From positions 40,610,001 to 40,674,000 of the forward strand of contig OX597816.1 in the NCBI GenBank assembly GCA_951406725.2: a DNA stretch of 64,000 nt, in the 5' to 3' direction. Both the position numbers and the translations under genes were made by a program. Below the pieces are notes generated by a model. That model was given only the letters and a program-made list of their open reading frames with translations. It was not told where the DNA came from and ran no database searches. Positions within the stretch are counted from its first letter, which is position 1; each line of letters opens with the position of its first letter. The DNA comes from Octopus vulgaris. Its lineage: Eukaryota. Below are positions 55,043 to 64,000 of this stretch, one piece after another.

Positions 55043-55423
55043 GGAGGCGCAATGGCCCAGTGGTTAGGGCAGCGGACTCGCGGTCGTAGGATCACAGTTT
55101 CGTTTTCCAGACCGGGCATTGTGAGTGTTTATTGAGCGAAAACACCTAAAGCTTCACAAGGCTCCTGCAGGGGGTGGTGGTGAAACTTGCTGTACTCTTT
55201 CACCACAACTTTCTCTCACTCTTTCTTCCTGTTTCTGTTGTACCTGTATTTCAAAGGGCCAGCCTTGTCACACTCTATGTCATGCTGAATCTCCTTGAGA
55301 ACTACGTTAAGGGTACACGTGTCTGTGGAATGCTCAGCCACTTGCACGTTAATTCCACGAGCAAGCTGTTCCGTTGATCGTATCAGCTGGGACCCTCATT
55401 GTCGTAACCGACAGAGTGCTCCT
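55043..55423 (+). mobile_element. SINE family C head + tail T2, nested in the PLE repeat
   Basis: tRNA-like head; 13-bp TSD ATTCAAyGGATrT (55030-55042 / 55424-55436). Confidence 0.93.
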
Positions 55424-55573
55424 ATTCAACGGATATTTGTCCTCATCTTGTTTGTTGTTAACAGCATTTCGGCTGATATACACTCCAGCCTTCATCAGGT
55501 GTCTTGATACGAAAATATTAGATTTCTAAGCCCTACAATTCACGGGCATATGGCATAGTGGTTCAGGCAGTGA

Positions 55574-55660
<87 letters not shown>

Positions 55661-55715
55661 CAACAACATCAAGAAATATCTTAGGAATGAGAACACGGTT
55701 TCGAAATTTCCCCAA

Positions 55716-55761
55716 AACATCTGATGAAGGCTGGAGTGTATATCAGTCGAAACGTCGTGTT
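55716..55761 (+). ncRNA. Minimal type I hammerhead ribozyme motif, best preserved in the window
   Basis: AACAU-CUGAUGA-A-GGCUG(GAGUGUAUAU)CAGUC-GAAA-C-GUC-GUGUU; predicted cleavage after C55756. A defective sister copy lies at 55460-55503 (-). Confidence 0.85.
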
Positions 55762-56119
55762 AACAACAAACAAGATGAAGACAAATGTAAATAACGTAAA
55801 TAATGTAAACTCCACTTCTTGTTTTCAGCCCTTGCTTCTATTTTCGTAGTTTCTCAGTGATAAAAATCTGCCACAGCACTTCTGGAGACTATATAATATA
55901 AATACACTTACATACGCACAACCATATTCATACGCAATATATATGTGTGTTTGTTCGTGCGTGAGTTAATACAGTGAGAAAGAAGCAGCACCCTTACTCT
56001 GTGTATGTCCTCTATTTTCAATGTATATATATATGCATGTATTTACATTATCCTCCCACGCTTATATATAAACACATACGCACATACATGCACACGCACA
56101 CACTCTCTCTGTCTCTCTA

Positions 56120-56155
<36 letters not shown>

Positions 56156-56417
56156 GCACATTTATATGTAATCATTCTAATTATTCATATACGTTTATAC
56201 ATTTTGAAGTTGTCCTCCGGCAAGTATGCAAATATAGAAACTAGAGAAATGACAAGAAAGCATAGTTCTGAGCAGCTAACCCACTGCTGTCCCCAGGTAA
56301 ATTTAAAAGCGAAATCTATTTACACTATATCTGGCATATGTAACACACCGCCGCAGGAATTGTAGTACAACGTGCTTAATGTTTTCTGGCAGCATGTGTG
56401 TTCTGAGACACGTCGAT

Positions 56418-56448
<31 letters not shown>

Positions 56449-58579
56449 GAATGAGTAAAGTACATATACAAAGACCATAGGTGGATAAATACACATACAC
56501 ATATATATGCAGCGGTCTTATGCATCTATATGCATATTTAAGTAAAAGACAGTGTCTAGGCAGCCTGTCTATGGTCTGTTTCTTTAAATATTATTTATAC
56601 AAAAAATGTAAATCTGTTTAAGTTTCTTTGAGTAGATTTCCATATATTTCTTATAATATTTTCAGGAAGCGTATAATGTTTACATTCTCACATTTAGTAA
56701 GGACCGAGTGAAACTTTTGTTGCTCCCTTGTCTTGCAAACACTTTTTTCTCCACAGTATAAGAACTTTGCACTTTAGAGATGCATTTACTATAAATGGCT
56801 CAAACAAAAATGCCACAGACCTGTCTTCAGCATATCCATCGACTACTGTGTTGAACACAATATTGAGGTTTTTCATTAAAACATCTGTTGCCAAAGTTTG
56901 AGTGGTTTAAGTTAAATAGAAACTAAATTGGGATAACCGGAATCAGCTCAATCAATATTGAAAACCATACATATTTTTTACTTTAAAATTCTGATTTGCT
57001 CACTTAGTAATTCCCAAATGCATCATTGCAAATGACACCGAAAACAAAATAATACAAATTTTGTGGCGACTCTAAGATTCAGCAAATTATCAACTGAGCA
57101 TTTGACCCAAAAGCGTTTTCTCAGTTGGTTAATCAAAGCAATATCCTCTTAAAGGCGAGAAAATGCTATTATAGAATAGATGACCGTTTTAAACAGCTAA
57201 ATTCACTTGCGTCAGGTGAACATGTAACCATATAAACCATATAAGAGAATTAGTAATAGTTTTCAAAAGCAGTTCAGCAGCAAAGTTCCCAACAAAATGA
57301 AATCGAAATGCCTCCAATGTCACACTTTTCAATCTTCGGAATCTTCTAGTAGAACGTTCCAAGCATCCTCAGTCTTCTATTCTCTAACGTTTCACGGTTT
57401 CCAGTGAAATAAGCCAAAGATTTTTGTGTTTACTGAATCAGTAAACACATTTTAGGTCAGTGACTTTTTGCTCGTAATTAACTCCGAAAGCGATACTGAA
57501 ATGTGGGCATAGTATTTCTCTGGTTACTCGTTTCTTGTTACCAATTGTCACAAAAGATTTTTTGTGCATTCTTAGTTACATTATCTTTGGGTTAGTAAGC
57601 AAATAGTCAGGTCGTTATTAATGGCGCTTTTAAACTAGCTTCATTTTCCGGGCAGGGATATTTATTCTAGCTAAAATCCCACCGCTATACTCATGTTAAT
57701 GTTCTACCTGGCCAAAGTTATTTTACCCATAGCTAATACATTTAGCATATGAATTTTAGATTGTCCCTTCGTATTAATCTCCCTTCGTATTAATGAGTCA
57801 GATATTATTCGTTCGTCAGCATCAAGAGCGATGAGTCCCACACCCATTTTAAAGTATATTACAAAGAGAAACTGCCTTCTGGAAACCAACCGCTCCAGTA
57901 CATCATATTATCAGCTATGATGATAATACCTTCTTGTATATTCCTTGATGAAACCGAATAGGTTATAGTTTTAAGTGTGATTTTCGAAAGTTTATCAAGC
58001 CTAAATACTTCTAGCATCCAAACTTGTTTGACGTAATCGAATGCCCTTTGAAACCAAATTCAGCAGTCACTTCACATTGCACGTAATAATTTTGTTGAGA
58101 ACCTGCCTAGAATATATCGATACCCTTTTAATCGCAGCAGTATGTTTGATTATTTATGGCAATCTCGTTGCCACCGTAAAACCTCTGTGCAATTAGATTA
58201 ATGGCTGTATAAATAGTATTTCGATGCATGCAGCTTATTAGTCAGTATTGAATTTTTTGGACATGCGAAAGTCATTGGTAAAAAAATTGTCTCTGCCTAT
58301 GTCAACTTTGCCTTGGTATATTTATATTTCTAGTGAAAACTTCCTTGCTCTTTGAGACTGATGAATGAAGTATCACCGACCGAGACGTACACCTTCCCTC
58401 TATGTGATCAACTTGAAACATTGTTAAGATATTAAGATATTTTTTCTTGAGATGAAACCAATGGTAGCCTTAAAGCAGGAATAAAGAAATTCTACTCACC
58501 AATGCAGTGTTGAGCACTCATTCTCACCTTTCGACATTTACGTATATATACATATATATCAACAAATAAATAACTATAG

Positions 58580-58635
<56 letters not shown>

Positions 58636-59061
58636 ACATATATATATATGTAAGTATTTACGCTACGTATATACATATATATGCATACGTATACACACTC
58701 ACACTTATTCACTCACTCTCTCTCTCTCTCTGTCTCTCATACACTCATATACATAAATATATATTTATTTAACATTTGGAGACTAAGGATTTTTTGCCAT
58801 TCCGAACCAGGAAGAAACGTGTAGTTGTTGGTATTTACATAAAAGAGACTTAGCTCCGTGTATACAAGGCGCTAATATCTCCGTTATTTTGTTCAGGGCA
58901 TTATCTCTGGAACCAAGATTCTTAATATTACGCTGAAATGTGCTGCATGTTTGAATTGAAGCTACAGATACATTTACAAATATTTGAATATCTAGACCCA
59001 CACTATTCGGTATATCTACTTTCAAATATCCGCCTTGGTTGATATCATATTTAAACACCAC

Positions 59062-59946
59062 CAGGCACTGAGCGGTGTTCCGCAAGGAACTGTTTTGGGA
59101 CCACTGCTGTTCATAATGGCCCTCTCAGACATTCCCTCAGTCAGGCAGAGAGCCACGATCACAAGTTATGCAGAGGATACAAAAGTTTCACAGGTAATAC
59201 AGAACCCTGAAGACACTATGCACCTGCAATGTGAGCTGCACGAAATATACAAGTGGGCTGAAAAGAATAGCATGTAGTTCAATGCTGAAACGTTCCAAGC
59301 TTTATGCTATGGAGGACACTTGCCCTAAGTCACTTTGACTATTGCTCTCAGCTATGGTCACCAACCAGTGTCAAATTAATCACAGAACTTGAGGCAATCC
59401 AGCGAAGTTACACGAAGAAGATAGCCTCTATGCAGCATATAAGCTATTGGGAAAAACTCAAGAGATTAAGACTATATTCCTTAGAGCGTAGGCGAGAAAG
59501 ATAAGCCATAATATACATCTGGAAGATCCTGGAATGACTTGTCCCAAACTTGGGCATATAGAGTTACACAAATACTAGAACTGGGCGCCACTGCATAGTG
59601 CCAAGGACTCCAAATTTGCCATCAAGATGTAGGACAAGATACTGCGATAGTCTGGGATTCAGAGGTCCACAGCTCTTCAATATCCTCCCGAAGGACCTGA
59701 GAGACCTGCATGGGGTGGATGCGGATGTCTTTAAAATAAAGCTGGACCTCTTCCTGTCAGGCATCCCAGATGAACCAACTTCACGGCAGGAGGTGCAGAT
59801 GAGGGCAGCTGCATCAAATTCTCTTATGCACCAAATGTCAATTGCTAAAAAGCATTCGTGAAGTAAAATCATGTAGCAACACCGAATGACGGTGCCACAG
59901 CATGGCCACAGCTCGTGAGCTGAAACTATTTGAAATGAAATGAAAT
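59062..59946 (+). pseudogene. 5'-truncated, internally deleted CR1-like LINE (RT pseudogene)
   Basis: SGVPQGTVLGPLLF...SYAEDTK; LSHFDYCSQLWSP...LEAIQR...LYSLERRRER; FNILPKDLR...FKIKLDLFL; (TGAAA)n tail. Confidence 0.93.
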
Positions 59947-60243
59947 TATTACTTATGATATACCAACTACTAGTATTACTGTATCAACTTTTATTATGCG
60001 TTTATTACTATGATAGATATTCATTCTAGATATAATTTTAAATATTATTTAGTCATTTTATATATTTACTTATTTTGAATGATTTTCTTTTCGCACTTCA
60101 TCTATGTGAAGATCTTTTCACTTCATTTTTCTTACATTTTACTGCAATGACGCTCGATAGGCCGGTCGACACCTATATATTAGCTTCCAAACATTTAGCT
60201 TTTCCCTATTTCTAGAAGTCAAATATTCTAATTCTACCATTAA

Positions 60244-60478
60244 TACCTATTTCTTTACTACCCACAAGGGGCTAAACACAGAGAAGACATACAGGGACAG
60301 ACAAACGGATCAAGTCGATTACATCGACCCCAGTGTGTAACTGGTACTTAATTTCTCGACCCCGAAAGGATGAAAGGCAAAGTCGACCTCGCCGGAATTT
60401 TAACTCAGAACGTAACGGCAAACGAAATACGGCTAGGCATTTCGCCCGGCGTGCTAATGATTCTGCCAGCTTGCCGCC
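60244..60478 (-). mobile_element. Full-length monomeric SINE family B
   Basis: Same head, body and tail as the unit at 16914-17146. Confidence 0.92.
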
Positions 60479-60762
60479 TTCTAAATTAATACCATTTACC
60501 TAACTCTCTCATATCAACTTTTTCACGTAATATTGTATTTTATCTTTATGCGATAGACATACTATTTACCAATCCTATAACATCTCAAATAATTCACCCA
60601 TAACTTTCAACATTTTATAAGCGCTCTGAAGTATTCGTAATCTAAGGAAACATAGTCTTGTAGGGACTATTATCTAAATAAAACACATATACAGACATAC
60701 ACATGTACAGACATACATATGACTTATAGGCAAACGCTATTTTGTTATGCAACCATACTAGA

Positions 60763-61314
60763 CAGAGTGGCCCATAGTTAGGTTTACAGTTATTCAACTA
60801 TCTCTTTCGCATTCATATATTAACATTTTCATTATAAAAAAATATGAAACCATTTTTCAGCAAGATGGAACACCTCCACATTATGCGTTGACAGTAAGAG
60901 ACTACCTTAACCAAGCCGTTCCACGGTGTTGGTTTTGAAGAAGGGACAGCATCGAATGGCCATCTTAATCACCTGACCTGACACCAACGGAATTCTCTTT
61001 TTGGTGTGTGTAAAGAACAAGGTTTATGAGAATACCAGTAAATAAATTAAAAGATTACATTTCTGACGCATTTACTTAAATTGATGGAGGTCTGTATTTG
61101 TGTCACACTGTATGTCAGAGTCTTCTGAAGAGGTTTCAAGAATGTTGCAATATCGAAGGAGGACATTTTGAGCATGTGAGGGATTAAAAATTGTCTGTTT
61201 AAGATGTGCATAAATAATACGATTGTAATATAGAAATTTAAATGTAATAAAATGTTTAAAAAAAAATTTAAGGTGCCTATGTGGGAACTATAAACCTACT
61301 TTTGGGCCATCCTG
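60763..61314 (+). mobile_element. Tc1/mariner DD41D (rosa/VS-type) deletion derivative
   Basis: Imperfect ~29-bp TIRs CAGAGTGGCCCATAGTTAGGTTTACAGTT; FQQDGTPPHYALTVRDYLN...WPS*SPDLTPTEF with 41 residues between the 2nd and 3rd acidic positions. Confidence 0.85.
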
Positions 61315-61343
61315 TACTACAAAGTATATTAAAAGTTTAATAT

Positions 61344-61670
61344 TTTGAGACCCCCTTCGGTCACGACACAGGACATGGATAGAAAGTTACCCTCCCAGGC
61401 ACAAGTCCTGGCAAGGTTGTTTATAGAAGACCAGCAGTCGCCCATGCATACCAGCCTCTCCTCTCCACGTCACCAGTGTTATCCAAGGGAAAGGCTGATA
61501 CAGCTTGGCACCTGTGACGTCGCAACTCATTTCTACAGCTGAGTGAACTGGAGCAACGTGAAATAAAGTGTCTTGTTCAAGAACACAACATGCAGCCCGA
61601 TCCGGGATTCGAGCTCGCAACCTCACGATCGTAAGCTCGACGTTGTAACCACTGAGCCATGCGCCTTCAC
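61344..61670 (-). mobile_element. SINE, family D (CORE-like) head + tail T3
   Basis: Reverse complement GAAGGCGCATGGCTCAGTGGTTAC...GCTCGAATCCC; 13-bp TSD AAAAGTTTAATAT (61331-61343 / 61671-61683). Confidence 0.92.
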
Positions 61671-64000
61671 AAAAGTTTAATATACTGTGTAGTATATTAT
61701 GGTTGCATAACAAAATACCGTGTCCCTGAAGTCATTGATATATATACGTAACAGCTTCCAGGAATGTGTTTAAGATGTAAAATTGGTATACCTAATAAAA
61801 TTACATCGCTCTATTCAGTGGCTACCCAAGCAATGAGTTCGTGGATAAGTAATGGGTTTGCTAGGTGTTGATGACGGAGCAAAAACTCCTGAAATATGTC
61901 GTATACCCTTATCACCATTTTTATCTCCAATCTGGATGTTTGTTCATATTTGGCGTTTAGGATACGAAACATCGTAACAAAATGAGTGTTGGCTATAATT
62001 TCTATTGAAAATCTTTGGAAGTAAACTTAGCAAGTGATATAGATGATTGGTTGTGCGTGCGCTGGTGTAAATAGGTAAACGCACCTATTTATCAAGTAAT
62101 GTATATCTATATAAAATTATTTTTCTCTGCTTAAACTGACATTGCTTAAGATGAAACCAGACGGATTGTGTTAGTAATTCATTATTGCAGGCTTCCAGCT
62201 GTGCTTCGATTTAATCTAGATTGGAATTAATAACCATATTAGATCACGCAATGTTTGGATGTAGCTATTGTGATGCATTACTTGACTCTATGAATTTTAA
62301 TCTAGCTACAAGCTTGGACAGATTATGAAGGTGTATCTAAATTTGTTTCTCTGCTCTATAGCTTTTAACTTTTCTCTCATTTTTTCATTCCACACGGGTT
62401 TTCAGTTTTTAAAATATTCCAGTGCGTCCTTCTCTTCTGTCTATCTGGTATGATTGTATTTTCTATCCCGTTGGTAAAACACTACTAAATTTAGGAAATC
62501 TAGTGCAATGTTTTGCATCAAACTCAGAAATAGACTGGCATTTATGTCCTCGTTGTTGAAAGGATAACAAATGGACCACTAAGGATTCAAATCCAGAATT
62601 CTAAAGAAACGTAATTAAAACCAGCCAAGTGCTGAGTTTTCAGTCTTCCTGCTGTTCCTCTCGACATCCTAATACGTTCCTTTCTAAATGTTGTACAACA
62701 CCACATAATGTATAATGAGATACAATATTTCTTATATCCATATAGTGTGTATGTATATACAGTAAAGTTTTTAATAAACAATTGAGATGACGAAATACAA
62801 CTCAGACCTCTCTTCGGTGGGGATAACATAAGTATCAGTCAAATACTGCATGTTATGCAAAACACAACACTCAAATCTCGTAATATTTGAAGTGTTTTAC
62901 CAATGGGGAAAAGATCGTACCAATCAAACAGTTAGACAGGAGGGAGAGACGGGCGGAAATGCTTTCGAAACAGAAAGGCGTTTAAAGATCGAGAGAAAAG
63001 CTCAAACCGATAAAGTAGAGAAACAAAGTTAGGTACACCACTAATATATTTGCCACGATATTCTTAGACATCAAAATGAGTAATGGTAAGTTCCTTCGAT
63101 TTTCAACATTTTATTTCGAATCAGTTTATGCCAACGAAAATAATCACTTTTGATGCGTTTCTATTGATTATCATTTCCTTCTTTCTAAGATAATGCGTAG
63201 AATTTCCAACATCTGTTGCCGTCTTCTAGCAGAAAACAATGAAATAAAATGGTGATTCTCAACAGGGATTGGTACGAGACGTTCAAGTAGATATATTTAC
63301 ATGAAATATCAATAAAATGTGAAAGCAAATAAAACATAGAATTTATGAAGGCAAACCTTTTTTCGTCTACCCATCTGGTATTAGACGTAGACGTCCGCAA
63401 GTAATTGAAATCCGCTTCGGTAAGTATTTCAAACAAAGAAATTTCCGTTTGGTAGTGTTTGAAATAAAATGGAATTCGTAGTAAAAAATGGAACACACAG
63501 CCATTCAAATTTACAAGAATCTAGTCAGCACCACTGTCGCCTTGAACACCACCAACATTAAATTTATTTTACTAACACTGTCTTTCTCGAAATACAGTAA
63601 GACGTAGAAAAGTATTTACAAAACCTGCAAAAAATTATATAAAATGTTATAGAATGGGCAGAAACTTTACGCTATGTATTACACAACAATAATTAAACAA
63701 ATATAAACTCACAAAATAATAAAATGCAGTGTACTAAAAAAGACACGAACTATATAATTAATGACATGATTATGAGAAGACAAAACGTAAAAAAACTTCT
63801 AATCCTTGTGATAGAAACTGGTATATCTATAGATGCGAGTAAGGATTTTCCAAGTTGGATAGACAAAATGTACCCAACGTCTGCCACAAATGCTTCTTTC
63901 ACTGTGAAAATAAGCTTTTACTACTGCTTTCGCATGTTTTATCAGTTGACTTTTAAAATCTCACTATATATTTTTCCGAAGCTGGGAGAATGGCACCGCG

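Larger units (their letters stand above)
54969..55811. mobile_element. PLE-like insertion: inverted + direct pseudo-LTR copies, each with a hammerhead motif
   Basis: Minus copy 54971-55506 (split by a SINE) and plus copy to 55810; flanking direct repeat CCACTTCTT (54960-54968 / 55812-55820). Confidence 0.8.
60719..61735. repeat. ~120-bp palindromic element split by two nested insertions
   Basis: TATTTTGTTATGCAACCATA (60738-60757) is the exact reverse complement of 61697-61716; inner arms TACTACAAAGTATATTAAA / TTTAATATACTGTGTAGTA. Confidence 0.8.

Noticed and set aside
56690-58330. Possible ancient hAT-like transposase relic on the minus strand
   Set aside because: Only a faint impression of motifs and no TIR or TSD found; needs a translated HMM search.
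63185-63508. 107-aa minus-strand ORF
   Set aside because: Non-ATG start, composition typical of AT-rich non-coding DNA and no recognisable domain.

Overview
This is AT-rich, microsatellite-dense eukaryotic DNA with no recognisable intact host gene; nearly all ORF-track entries are translations of (TA)n, (CA)n, (TACA)n, (AAT)n or (GAT)n. The repeat repertoire suggests an octopus/cephalopod intergenic or intronic region (inference). The window is a mosaic of decayed transposable elements: at least four tRNA-derived SINE families (labelled A-D here), Tc1/mariner derivatives (mariner, DD37D/maT, DD41D/rosa), non-LTR fragments (CR1-like, RTE-like, R4/Dong-like, L1/Tx1-like) and Penelope-like element (PLE) remnants. 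The main signals are as follows. (1) About ten type I hammerhead ribozyme (HHR) motifs from at least six unrelated repeat families, many in inverted or tandem arrangements next to microsatellites. (2) A 151-nt tandem unit carrying a non-canonical CUGUGGA-core hammerhead, a candidate retrozyme/circRNA monomer. (3) A TSD-flanked 1.46-kb retroelement encoding only a gag/zinc-knuckle ORF1, inserted in a SINE tRNA head. (4) SINE-LINE 3'-tail sharing with compensatory base-pair changes. All calls were made by eye; no database searches were run.
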